From Macrostomum lignano (lineage: Eukaryota), in contig NIVC01001171.1 of assembly GCA_002269645.1 (NCBI GenBank), positions 1-64,000 on the forward strand: a DNA stretch of 64,000 nucleotides. Direction: 5' to 3'. The notes beneath the pieces were generated by a model. That model saw only the letters and a program-made list of their open reading frames with translations. It made no database searches and was not told the DNA's origin. This document shows positions 48,332 to 61,375 of this stretch, in pieces (positions within the stretch are counted from its first letter, which is position 1; each line of letters begins with the position of its first letter). Both the position numbers and the translations under genes were made by a program.

Positions 48332-50970
48332 ATGTTAAAAGTGGAAGCTCACGAGGCTATTGTGGTGGACTGTATCGCGGCCCTGGAGTGGCAGGAGCCG
48401 AAGCCTTGTGAGCTGCGCAAGAACCTGCGCACCAACATGTGCGAGCTGCTGAAGTATGGGATGTTCGATGGCCAAGGGATCAAGATGATTATGAATCGAT
48501 GCGAGCTTCTCGAACTGCACGACGATGCCACTGTTGAGCTGGACTTTCGAGTAAACGGAGTCTCCTACACAGAGGAGAGATACCCATTCGTGATGATTGT
48601 TGAGACCAATCAAAGGTAGGATGCTTTTATTAGTAGCTGCTGTGCGTATTCGTACATGCACAGGCCACAAGGCTAAGAGAGGAAGACCATGCGAAAACCG
48701 ATCCTGTATAAATAATGAAGGCGAATCATACTACTTAACAAGTAGTTGGAGAGACATAAACACTTCGCTTTTTGTTCACTTCAACTCTGACACCAACAAT
48801 TCGATTGGCATCCACACAGGGCGCAGGAGTCGGACGAAAATAAACTATACAGGGCCTCACCCTGCTACGATCACATGGTCACCAACCTGATCACCAATTT
48901 GGATCACCAGCACAAGTTTGTGCAGATGATGCGCATCTACACAATATCGGAGAAAAATAAGCAGGACTACAAAAATCTTCTTCGTTTCGTTGCCTCGTGC
49001 TGTTTAAAAGCGCGATCGCTGACGCAATTCGTGCTGCCGCTGCTTCGCGCCTATGAGGATGACAAAAATATCTGGCATCTCTACTCCAAGTGAGCGAGCG
49101 ACCTTGGCTTATTCAGTCTGGCTATCTAATTTCACTTTTTAGTCTCGTGTCCTTGACATGGACAACTCTAAAACCGTGACCTCACATCATTAGCATTGAA
49201 CTATAGCAATCTAGTGCCATCGCATTCAAAAACACATTCCTGGACAATAAAATCCTGGACATCAATTAAATGACATTCAGTTGATAGCTATGACATTTAG
49301 TTCTGGATGACACCACACTATTGACTCAATCTCCCTGACATGTCAACATCTAGTTGATTCAGTAACACATTTCTCAAATCCTTGAGCCAAAATACAATAC
49401 AGGTATCGTAGTCCCATACCAGTACGTCTAAATTATTTCAACACACCACGAGCACCATCACCCTTACACCACATTATCCAACATTATCTGCAACGTCACC
49501 TCTCAGGCCTTACTTCGGCACCATAGCGTCTATTATGCAATCGCTGGCCCAGCTGCAGACCAACAGCAATGCTCAACAGCAGCAGTTCAGCGACCGCGAG
49601 CCCGATCGAGAAGACGCAATCGGCAGTCCCTTGCCGCAACAGTATGTTTTGTACTTCTCAGCCTGCATCCTACAGGCGCTTCAAAAGTTGGCCTCGCATG
49701 GAATCTCGTTGAACCGCATGACTACGGAGAGCGTGATGGTCACGCACCAGCAAATCCCCGTGCTCACTGACTTTCTGTACGCCAACAAGTGCCCCATCCG
49801 CTCGAAGCATGCTTTAAAACGCAGACTGTTGGAACTTCCCGTGCAGCCAGACGACGTCGAGAATGACGCCAGCGGCAGTGTCGGAATTCTCTGGCCGCCG
49901 CCAGAGCTGCTGAATGGAGCTGTCAGTGAAGGCGACTTTGGCCGAGTTGACGTCTGGAACTTTGGCGCCTTTGTGCTTTTGGTGCGACTCCAGGGTCTTA
50001 TTTGAATCGACTTTTAAGTTAAGATGCATGATTTAAGTTTACGAATCCAGCTTGCGGGATCACCGCTAGGCAAAATCGCAGTGTTCGCTTGTGGGGGAGG
50101 TCTCGAACTCAATATGCGTTCTAGCAATTTTCAATTTAAGGGACAATCCTGGAATCTTAGGTAAAAAGTCCTTGGAATCCTGGGTAAACAATCCTGGGAT
50201 CCTGGAATCCTTGGGGTAACAGTGTTGGAAGCTTGGGTCCGGTTGTTTATTGACATACACCTCTAGGGGCCAACCCTTAAAGCTTAGTGTTAAAGAGTAC
50301 AGCTCTGCTGATAACCAATTCTCTTCACTTATAGCTATCCGACGATGTCCCTGCAAGCTCACAGACCCCCGGATATGAGAAACTGAATTTTAGCTCACCA
50401 TCCAAGTTCACCTATTCTCACGCATCGCAGATGTCGGTTGGCACAGAGACTTTCAAGCACCTGCGCAGCTTGGAGCACAGGGCTGCCGTGAGTCAGACAG
50501 GCAAAGTGATCGCTCTTCAGCCGTGCAATCAGATGACTGCCAACAACAGGCCATGCGGCCTGACAGCCTGCGGTCCGGACCTGCTGCATCTGGTCTCCAT
50601 CGCTATGGCCGAGTCGCCGAGCCGCCGGCCAACCATGCGGATACTGCAGTCGGCCAGCTACTACGTCAAGGTGAACTTTTTGAATTTGTGCGAACAAGTA
50701 GACGCGTTCGACATCGATTTAAACGAGCTGCTTGGATTGCAACCAGTTTTGGTTGAGCAGCCGCAGCAGCTACAACAGCAGCAGCCGCCGCCGCTACAGG
50801 CTCAACTACAGCAACAGCAACAACCAAACCAACAACAGCAGCAGCAACAGCAGCAATTGACAACACTGAAACCTCCGCTGCAAATGCTGGACCAGATGAG
50901 CGACGTTGACGAACTTCTAAATCGAATCGGCGCTCAAGGGGCCATGGCGAGCGAGGGTGGCGCTCCTTGA
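48332..50970 (+). CDS. Predicted pseudokinase with poly-Q tail, about 522 aa; exons 48332-48615, 48820-49089, 49507-49981, 50431-50970; may extend further 5'
   Basis: Frame-compatible GT-AG introns. Kinase scaffold: VLPLLRAYEDDKNIWHLYSKPYFG, ILQALQKLASHGISLNRM, VLTDFLYA, GILWPPPELL, DVWNFGAF, SPSRRPTM. Confidence 0.8.
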
Positions 50971-51404
50971 CCGCGGAAACAGCGGACAATACTCAACAGG
51001 CAAAACTGAAAAAACCTTTTTAATCAAAAATATTTGCTTCAACAAATTATAAACAATTTGATATTCAAATTCCTTGGTTGAATAATTCATAGAATCGTTC
51101 TTAGTCTGATTACTACTAAAATACAGCTGTCTTAATCCACAATACACAACAAATGTACCTCGTCAAAGAAATCGTACAAAGTGATGGAATTGTTAAGCAC
51201 GGAGTTAATTAATCACTGAAACAATTTTTCCACATGTTGCTTTCAGTGTAACGCTTTCGCGATTCCGTTTGTATTGGTACAGTTAATCATCGAACTTCAG
51301 TGTTTAAAAGTTCAGGTAAGTCTTCGTTTGTTTATCGCCTTCGTCATTAGTAATTGCTCTCGACGAGTACTACAGATATCGATCGTTTGCGCTTCATCAC
51401 AAAG

Positions 51405-54400
51405 TCACTTATCGCCATCGCATTCGCCCTCGTTGTTGTTGCACTTGACAGCGTCACCGTTGGCGGAGCTGGCCTCGCTGAGCCCTATCTGCTCGGCGTT
51501 GCAGCCAGTCAATGAGTTGCTGCGAAATCTGTATCGATTGAATATTTTTAGGGTTTTGAGATTTTCTGCGCAAATTCGCAGTAATTTTCTAATCAGTCCG
51601 AAAGTCCGTCCTCGTATCTCTGCCGTAATTAACGACTATGTACATTAAGCCATTCCTTATCTCTCTGCCCCATTTATTTAAAATGTACATTAACCCAATC
51701 TTTATCTCTCTGCCACATTAATTTACAGTGTACATTAATCTAGTCTTTATCTCTCTGCCCTATTCATTTACAGTGTACATTAACCCAATCTTTATCTCTC
51801 TGCCCTATTCATTTACAGTGTACATTAATCTAGTCTTTATCTCTCTGCCCTATTCATTTACAGTGTACATTAACCCAATCTTTATCTCTCTGCCACATTA
51901 ATTTACAGTGTACATTAATCTAGTCTTTATCTCTCTGCCCTATTCATTTACAGTGTACATTAACCCAATCTTTATCTCTCTGCCCTATTCATTTACAGTG
52001 TACATTAATCTAGTCTTTATCTCTCTGCCCTATTCATTTACAGTGTACATTAACCCAATCTTTATCTCTCTGCCCTATTCATTTACAGTGTACATTAATC
52101 TAGTCTTTATCTCTCTGCCCTATTCATTTACAGTGTACATTAACCCAATCTTTATCTCTCTGCCCTATTCATTTACAGTGTACATTAACCCAATCTTTAT
52201 CTCTCTGCCCTATTCATTTACAGTGTACATTAACCCAATCTTTATCTCTCTGTCCTATTCATTTACAGTGTACATTAGCCCAATCTTTATCTCTCTGCCC
52301 TATTCATTTACAGTGTACATTAACCCAATCTTTATCTATCTGCCCTATTCATTTACAGTGTACATTAACCCAATCTTTATCTCTCTGCCCTATTCATTTA
52401 CAGAGTACATTAACCCAATCTTTATCTCTCTGCCCTATTCATTTACAGAGTACATTAACCCAATCTTTATCTCTCTGCCCTATTCAATTACAGTGTACAT
52501 TAGCCCAGTCTTTATCTATCTGCCCCATTTATTAACAATGTACATTAAACCAATGCTATCTGAACTATATTTAAATTAATACATAATTTATTTGCGACTC
52601 ACCCAGGATTCAAGGCACCGTTGGCGAATACCGCAGAGGAATCGGGCTCCAAGCCAGCCGCCTTGTCCTTGTCGATTGTGGATGCGGCAGCGGCGGCAAC
52701 AGCGGCAGCGGCAGCAGCAGCGGCGACAGTATCAGTGGTCAGGCCAGCAATGGAGTGACCGTTGATTAGCGATTGTTTTTTGTGGCTGCAGGTGATAGTT
52801 AATCGTACTACTTATAAACGTCGAACTTGATTATCGTGCGTTAATTTTTGCGGCAAGAAATTGTGGCTATTTACCTTTTTTTAATTAGCTTTTTAGGATC
52901 TTCCGGGCTAAAAAAAGTTATGAGTTGGGTAATTGTTGTGACTAGCTGCACGTTTTTTCATTTAAATTTCAACTAAATTTTGATTCAAATCAAACTAACA
53001 TTTGATCAAGGACCGATATAAAGGGGCAATTTGTTTTTCTCCGGCAAAATTTCAATGGTTCTTTGAATTGCAAATTTAATACAATAGAAATGGAAAACAA
53101 CAAATTGCATTGAGGTACCGGCGATTTATCGGCAGAAATGAATCTAAACTACGAGCGTATACTGCATCAAGCGAGCCTTCAAATATTTCTACAATACGCT
53201 CGCGATCGTAGTAGGTGTTACGTCCTGATAACACCGTTTCTTCTAGTGGTCCTTGATTGGCACTTTCTCATCTTCTGCACTTTTAAAGCTAGCATACATA
53301 TGCGTTTGGTTTGAGTAGGTCTCAAGTTTACCGGCTTGGATTTAGTAGGGGATGTCAAGTTAAGCACCGAAATGAAGCTCGAAGATACGGGCCAAACCTA
53401 CGGATTGACAGTTTGCCACCCCAGTCAAAATGAACAACGATATACCCCTTTCCAGGTCCCTTCCAGGTCCTGAATTAATGAGCTATTTCATGTAACATGT
53501 AACATGGTCTGAATGCCAATCAAAATCTTTAGAATAGAACGCACGAGCTCGATCGGACAGAATAGCAAGGAGTGCGGTTATTGAGAAGAAGCCTAAATTA
53601 TTCCTGCATAATACCTGTATGGCTTCAACAGCGACAGTGATTAAAGTCGATCGAACGACGTCGACTGACATCACTAAAATGACGCCGACTGACATAACTA
53701 AAATGACGTCGATTGACGTCGCTAAAACGACGTCGATGAGGCTGTATCATTTCGACGTGATTTTTACCAGCAGGGGGAATTGGGATACGGAAACCAAAAA
53801 AATCTGTATGCAGTTGAGTGCTACATCCTACAACTAGTGCTACATCCTACAACTAGTGCTACATCCTACAACTAGTGCTACATCCTACAACTAGTGCTAC
53901 ATCCTACAACTAGTGCTACATCCTACAACTAGTGCTACATCCTACAACTAGTGCTACATCCTTGACGACAGATTCGGCACTCGCTTACGCGCACTTCCTC
54001 ATGGTTAGAGCGACGACGGTGAGCAGCAGAGTGAACCCAACTGCGGCCGACACCACGACTAGATTGATGAAGTGCGGCGGTGGGATGCTGTAAAACTGAG
54101 CATCGATGTACACAATATAGTGGCCGATGGCATCGTACAGCTTCATGCGGTTGTTTTCGATGATGGCTGCAAATATTCAGAGTGCAACACTGTTCACAAT
54201 CGTTTCAATGATTTTACTGGTAAGAAAATATCCGGGATACTGCGAGCTTCCAAATGTTTCCAAAAGATTCGAAGTTTTTGAGTCTTTACGCACTCGGACA
54301 GGATCCTGTCTTTGAATTCGGACACCGGAGTCCCGACTATTCAAGACAAGTTGGGGCAAAAAATTCTAATCTGGATTTTCTAAAAATGATTTCTTAGTCT

Positions 54401-56545
54401 ATACGATCATTTAAAATTTCCCTGCTGGTTGACAGGAATGAAAAATAGATCTCGCTATAGAATTGTAAAGTACAAGATCTTTTTCAAGTAGCTGGAAACC
54501 ATCCCGTACTGTTCTGAAAAAAGTTTGTCCCATTCGCGGATACCAGCCCAAGCAACAGGTACGCGCGTAAAACGCGCATACTTGGATCGGGCAGGCCCAA
54601 TCTAGCCCAGCCAATGAGAGAGCTGTAAGGAGAGAGGTCAAAGTTAGACGGACGAACCTCAGTCTAGGGGGGGGCAGGCCCAATCTAGCCCAGCCAATGA
54701 GAGAGCAGTAAGGAGAGAGGTCAAAGTTAGACGGACGAACCTCAGTCTAAGGGGCAGGTCCAATCTAGCCCAGCCAATGAGAGAGAGCAGTATAGCTAGC
54801 CGATCGATCTTGCATTCTTCTGAGATAATGAGATGTAAAATCTCATTTACGCTCGTAACCAAATACGACTATGAACTCATTCTTCTAATTAATTTCGGAA
54901 CAGGTAAAACGATCTGCTATCTTTTATTAGTTACTTACTAGTAGTATCAGCAACTGGCAAGATAAAATTGATTTCATTCTCGCCCGGCTGCTGCAAGCTG
55001 TAAGCGATGGACAGGCGCAGGTTGAGGTAGTGCGAGTCCACATTGGCCGGATAGCCCGGGCTGAAACGTACGCTAGCAGCGGTGAAGTTCCTGCGGAGTG
55101 GAATTTTGCGTGCCTTTGTTAAAAAAATATTGCAGTTCGTTTGTTTTACTAGCATCATTGTAACCAATTGAAATTTATTTGAAGGTCTGATTTTGTTCAA
55201 AAAACTTTTTTTTCAGTTCTATTACACTGATCATTTGTATTGATAATTTGCCACGTTTCAAACTTCTAATGTGCATGCATATAGTGTTAGTTACTCTCTG
55301 GATACTCACTGGATAGTAGATACTCACTAGTTACTCTCTGAATACTTACTGGATAGTGGATACTCACTATAGTTACTCTCTGGATACTCACTGGATAGTG
55401 GATGCTCATTAGTTACTCTCTGGATACTCACTGGATAGTGGATACTCACTATAGTTACTCTCTGGATACTCACTGGATAGTGGATGCTCATTAGTTACTC
55501 TCTGGATACTCACTGGATAGTGGATGCTCACTATAGTTACTCTCTGGATACTCACTGGATAGTGGATGCTCATTAGTTACTCTCTGGATACTCACTGGAT
55601 AGTGGATGCTCACTATAGTTACTCTCTGGATACTCACTGGATAGTGGATGCTCACTATAGTTACTCTCTGGATACTCACTGGATAGTGGATGCTCACTAG
55701 TTACTCTCTGGATACTCACTAGATAGTGGGTTATTAACTAGTTGTCGATGGGTACTCACTGACTACTGAAGTAATTAGACCTGTTCCGCCCCCTGTAACT
55801 GGAGGATTTCAATAAACCTAAAGCAGCTTGGATTAGCATTCACTTACTCAAAACTGCTCGAATTGAAGCCGCAGATGGTGAAATTCCCCATGCAGTAGCC
55901 GGTCAGTGCTTGGGCCAGAGTGGCTTTGAATTTCGCTTCCAGACCGGCGCTGGTCCACTGAAACAATGCGATTGCGAAAAAAATTACATAGATATCATAC
56001 TTAATACATTTCTAGCGCCAAAAACTCGATCTACACCTTTCATTTGCCCCTGAGAACATCAGCCTAGTCAAGTGTTATCACCCCACTCGATGCCTTAACA
56101 CTAACCCAGTTCATCACCAACTCAGATCCCTTAGCGCTTCATCAGGTACCTTAAAACCTTCTCAGATTCCCAGTACCTACTCAGATACCTCAACAACACT
56201 TTCTCTGGTGCATAAACAGATTTTTTATCACCATGCAGAGCTTCATATTGATCTTAAGTAGTCCTTGTTGCGTTAGATATTCAATCAATCGCCTTAGGTA
56301 CATGCGTTTAAAGGGGGTCAGATCGATCACTACATCAATCTGATGTGGGTAATCCGAATAATCAGTACATTGCTAACTTCATTCGACATTCGACTCACCT
56401 GATCCAGCTGCAGCATGTAGAACTGCACCCTCACATCTTCCCGCTCGTTAAGAGCTCCGTTAACGACAGCATCTGTTAATGCTGAGCGAGTCAAAGTCAG
56501 CTGCAGTATCAGTATTCGTACGAATAACTCAATGTTGAATCGCAT
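51405..56545 (-). CDS. Type I membrane protein, 297 aa, with a possibly SEA-like ectodomain; exons 56545-56399, 55957-55848, 55090-54939, 54166-53989, 52785-52603, 51528-51405
   Basis: All five introns have strong donors (GTGAGT, GTAAGT, GTAAGT, GTAAGC, GTGAGT), CAG acceptors and matching phases (0, 2, 1, 2, 2); the total is 894 nt. Signal peptide, TM LVVVSAAVGFTLLLTVVALTM followed by RK, and an Ala-rich tail. Confidence 0.83.
51640..52550. repeat. 45-bp intronic minisatellite (TACATTAACCCAATCTTTATCTCTCTGCCCTATTCATTTACAGTG)
   Basis: Direct periodicity; gives the spurious ORF (YINPIFISLPYSFTV)n. Confidence 0.94.
53817..53960. repeat. 19-bp tandem repeat (AGTGCTACATCCTACAACT)
   Basis: Perfect periodicity. 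Confidence 0.93.
54591..54790. repeat. About 80-83-bp tandem duplication (about 2.4 copies), each carrying CCAATCT and CAGCCAATGAGAG
   Basis: Seen directly. Confidence 0.85.
55288..55730. repeat. 40-42-bp intronic minisatellite (TAGTTACTCTCTGGATACTCACTGGATAGTGGATGCTCACTA)
   Basis: Direct periodicity. Confidence 0.92.
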
Positions 56546-57453
56546 TTTGGGTTGTATAGGTGATGCTATGAGTCGAGTAAATAAAACTGATGCAGGATGG
56601 AATGGGCGGGGTTCGGCAGTGAATATGTATCACAACAGCCGTGGCTTTAGCTGTACACTGGACGCAAGATTCAATCCAAAGGGGTATGAGATGTGCGCAA
56701 AAGATGCAAGCCGATAGACAGGAAATTATCCGTGAGCAGCAGCCTCGTGCATCTGAGATCATGGGAGGACGAGAAGGGAAAGAAAATGGGAAAGAACCTT
56801 TTGCTCGGGGCCTCCAGCTAAACAAATCGAGTTCTGCAGGCCCCACCCTATTTTGGGCGTTGCCTAAGATTCGGCTGCCGAGTCTAGTATGGTGCGCGAG
56901 ATGTAAAATATTAGTACTGTATGACAGTTTACCCTATGCTTTACCCTATGCAGCTAATGAGCTGAGTAGGATCCAAGTAATTCGACTGAAACTATTTCTG
57001 CATTAGTACGAAAAAGTATTTTAGACAAGCTACAATTTAACCGCCAGCAGTCTGATGGTAAGCAGTCCTTACCACGCTGACACTCCAATCCAAGCCTAAA
57101 TTTTAACGAAGTAAAACAAAAGTAAGCAGATCGTACAAATCGTACTGATCGTACACTTAGATGCAAAAGTACTCCAAAACGTGTTTAGATTTAGATATGT
57201 GTTTAGACAACTTTAAACTACAAATAAACATAATAACTCAGTAAACATACAAACTACATGTACATTAATTTGCATGTAACAGTAAAAGCTGACCATTGAG
57301 TTTGGAAATATTCTGGTCGGAGAATATTTAGCTACATAATATTTGCTTATAGAAAATATACCGACTTACATTATATTTTGACTAAGTTCGAGTGAACAGG
57401 TTGCCTTCAAATAGATTCATTAAGGCAGACTTAGTCCAAATCGCAGTCGAAGA

Positions 57454-58381
57454 TCAGGCATGCCACTGCTGAAAGCAGGCTTCCAAGCAGAGCCCCGGTT
57501 CCCCTGGACACTCTGGGCAGCAGTAGATCGTGCGCTTGCTGCTTCCAGCTCTGTAGCAGACACGACAGCGCTTTGTTGGTATAGGCTGACTGTCCCGCGC
57601 CACGATCTTCGTTGGAAAGTGCGGACTGACTGGGCCACCTGGAGCGGCCTGGATGGCAGCGGCCGGGCGCTTCCTGCTCCTTCCGATACGCTCCACCAGC
57701 TCCCGAATGCTGGCCTCTAGAAACTTGGCGAACGTCTTCTCTCCACCGCACCGGCTGTACACAATCCAAGCGTTGCGAATCATTTGAAGAAAAAGATGCA
57801 AGCCGAGCTTCAAAAACCACTTTGTAGTTTTCCTCCCTGGCAGATGAGGCTGTAGATGACTGTCCATTCCGTCAACACCACCCATGCACCGATTGTAGGT
57901 GAGAACTGACCTGCTCTTCTGCACCACTGTTTCTGCTCCTCCACGAACCACGCGTCTGGTTTGAACCCTCTCAGCCGCCTCTTTCGTGTCCAGCAAATCA
58001 GAGTCTTCAGGCCACTCTCCTTTCGTGCAACGATCTCACCCCGTCTTTGCGCATGAAGGCGACGTCGTTAGGTGGAACATGCAGCTGTCTGAGCTCAATC
58101 GGCACCCTCGGTCGGCCCGGACGGTACAAGTCAGGTGCGTTCCTTGAGTCAGAAGGTACTCTGACAGCCGATAGGAACCGAACCATTTGTCGACAAAGAT
58201 GCGATAGCCTTGGTGCAGCAAATGGTAGCAGAGCTCAACAACAATCTTCTCGTTGAAGGACAGATTGTCTCCCTGCAACTGTTCATCTAACCAGCGGTTC
58301 TCCTCTGGGGTCGAGTGAACGCGGAAGTTGTATAGGTAGCCTGAGTCAGGGACTTCTGCGATATTAAAGCCGAGTTTCCAG
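57454..58381 (-). pseudogene. piggyBac (PGBD4-like) transposase remnant, 5'-truncated and frameshifted
   Basis: SGYLYNF, GYRIFVDKWF...L...GTHLTCTVRADRG, YNRCMGGVD, KWFLKL..HL......NAWI, and the C-terminal Cys-rich domain KRCRVC...TIYCCPEC....LC...CFQQWH. Confidence 0.9.
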
Positions 58382-60397
58382 TCCCTTATTTCTATGGTAA
58401 ACTTATATCGCAGAAGTCCCTGGTCCAGTACAAACCTGATGGGGACCAGTATTGAATATTTGTTGAATGAAAGCTAAAGAACTTAAAGCATAACATGTTC
58501 TTTTTGCTCATGCATGTTTATGTGAAACGTAGAAAACTAAATTTGTTTCCAAGAAAGTAATATCTCTGATCAGATTGTAATCTTCAAGTTCTTCGTTTAT
58601 AAAATGAACTGACCACGAGGCATGTAACAATATAAAATAAGATTACAATGTGATCAAATATTTTACTGAAAGCAGCTGATGACGATAGGAATTCTTTCTT
58701 TGTCATCAGCGAATCAGTGAAATGGAGCATGAATTACAAATGATTAGTGAATGACAATTCGATTTAAACTACTCGATTTACGGAGCCCGGCCTTCCTGCT
58801 GATTGAGAGGGATGTAAAATACGAAGTGAACAGAATCGAGGTACATGTAGCGTGAGCTAGACACCCAGCAGATGGCCATCTAGGGGGCGCAGCTATGACG
58901 AAATGATAAGAAACTGAAATTGAGCTGCCAAACTAACAGGAGCTATCAAAAGGTGTCAAAAAATTCTGTGATAATCTGCACTACGAGCGTAACTATCTGT
59001 TAAAAAAGTGACTAAGTCTGCAAACCATGTGAACCGGGCAACTACTCGTACTTCTTTTTGCTACGATTTACTAGTATTGAAAATCTACACTGAAAAGATA
59101 ATTTTCTGAAATTTGCATTTTATCTATTAAAAGACAGTAGATTAAATTAAAAAATAGCCTTTCAAAACATAAAAAATGCTTAAAAATTATGAATTTGTTT
59201 AAAATAGAGTATTTTAATTTAAAAGACAAAAGGAATTAATTAAGGTTCCGTTCCCGATAAGAAAAAAATAACAAAAAGATCGATTTGGCAAAAAACATTT
59301 GAATGTAAAACGATTTTTGACTCGAAACTAAAATTTACCATCTGAAATCTGTGTATATGTAAAAAATCAGCTTCACAGACCTTACTGTTGCTTCAGTGCA
59401 CGTCTCCAATCTTGCATAGCGTTATGTTGAAACGTCAGAAAATGTACGATTTCGTAGCTACAAGGGTTTGTAACTTTGAATTTATAAAATAACCAGCTTA
59501 TACTCGTAGGTTACAGTGTAATTATACAACAACAGCAACACAAAAAAATACGCAGTCCCCCCAGTAGTCAGTGGAGGGAGCGTCAGATGGCATGTCGAAG
59601 CGCTAGCAGGCGAAGAATCAATTGCCCGGCCCATTGATCGACGGTGTCGGGCGCCACAACGTTGCTCAGGATGCTGTCCATGTATCTCCGTGTCCTCGAT
59701 TGCTTGAGCCCGCTGAACGGTTCCCGCAAAGTGAGCGGCAGGATGTCCTGGACAGGCTTTGGCAATAGCCCGGATCTGCACGTAGCGCCTGTCAGTAGTT
59801 GGAGTCGCCGTCTCGGTGCAGGATGGTACATGTGTTTTTTTGACTTGCAGCTGTGCGTCCCTCTCGCACAGGTCCTTGGACGGGACGATTTTGTCAGCCT
59901 GAACGCATAGAGCAGCCCCGCGGGCCGAGTGCTCCAATTGTCTAGCTGTTGCTCCAGCGTGGCCGTTAACATCGGGACGCTAGAATTCGCACGACTAGAT
60001 TTCGCGCGATCTGGCATTGAAGCGCGCGACTTCTTTCTAGCGACTGGATTTCACGCGACTGGATTTAAGTGTTTAAGGATTTAAGGAAAGCAATCCTTAA
60101 TTATACTCGATATTTGTTATATTTGTTCATATCTAACTACCTTTTCTGAATCGCATACGTATTCATTTCCCGATTGACATTCAGATTCACATTCAAATTT
60201 TAACAAAGCCGCTGTAACTTTTCTTTACTTGAACGAAACGCTTTAAAATTTTACAAAAACTTTGATGCAATCAAGAAAAAAAACTACGTAAAATATCTCA
60301 GCATTTAAAAATAGACTGTAGAAATTATTCACATATAAAGTTTGTTCCTACCTCCTTAGTGTATTATTATGCAACTCAACAAAACGGCTTAAAATAC

Positions 60398-61375
60398 ACG
60401 CAGAGCTACGAAACTTTATTTTTCTCTTGACGCACGCGAGATGCGTTGGCAAGTCAAAAATCAGCACCCTAGCTTAAAGCCTGTACGAGTTATTCACCTG
60501 CAAACTGTGTTCCTATCTCCGTAGTGTATTTTAGGGGTCCAGCTTGACATTCGCTGACAGACACTTCTACTCAACGCAGAGCTACGAAACTTTATTTTTC
60601 TCTTGACGCATGCGAGATGCGTTGGCAAGTCAAAAATCAGCACCCTAGCTTAAAGCCTGTACGAGTTATTCACCTGCAAACTGTGTTCCTATCTCCGTAG
60701 TGTATTTTAGGGGTCCAGCTTGACATTCGCTGACAGACACTTCTACTCAACGCAGAGCTACGAAACTTTATTTTTCTCTTGACGCACGCGAGATGCGTTG
60801 GCAAGTCAAAAATCAGCACCCTAGCTTAAAGCCTGTACGAGTTATTCACCTGCAAACTGTGTTCCTATCTCCGTAGTGTATTTTAGGGGTCCAGCTTGAC
60901 ATTCGCTGACAGACACTTCTACTCAACGCAGAGCTACGAAACTTTATTTTTCTCTTGACGCATGCGAGATGCGTTGGCAAGTCAAAAATCAGCACCCTAG
61001 CTTAAAGCCTGTACGAGTTATTCACCTGCAAACTGTGTTCCTATCTCCGTAGTGTATTTTAGGGGTCCAGCTTGACATTCGCTGACAGACACTTCTACTC
61101 AACGCAGAGCTACGAAACTTTATTTTTCTCTTGACGCACGCGAGATGCGTTGGCAAGTCAAAAATCAGCACCCTAGCTTAAAGCCTGTACGAGTTATTCA
61201 CCTGCAAACTGTGTTCCTATCTCCGTAGTGTATTTTGGGGGTCCAGCTTGACATTCGCTGACAGACACTTCTACTCAACGCAGAGCTACGAAACTTTATT
61301 TTTCTCTTGACGCACGCGAGATGCGTTGGCAAGTCAAAAATCAGCACCCTAGCTTAAAGCCTGTATGAGTTATTC
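60398..61375. repeat. 176-bp tandem array (about 5.6 copies); an inverted copy starts near 63633 and runs off the window
   Basis: ACGCAGAGCTACG recurs at 60398, 60574, 60750, 60926, 61102 and 61278. Confidence 0.95.

Noticed and set aside
56399-56545. Initial impression of a Cys-loop receptor from DVRVQFYMLQLDQ
   Set aside because: The full exon reconstruction has one TM and no Cys-loop or four-TM region.
58866-58892. CTCF-like motifs CCAGCAGATGGC and CATCTAGGGGGCGC
   Set aside because: The matches are imperfect, they lie in likely transposon debris, and the presence of CTCF in this lineage is uncertain.
59482-60017. GC-rich island with overlapping 144-151-aa ORFs
   Set aside because: No recognisable domain or convincing splice sites; probably a transposon fragment, but not assignable.
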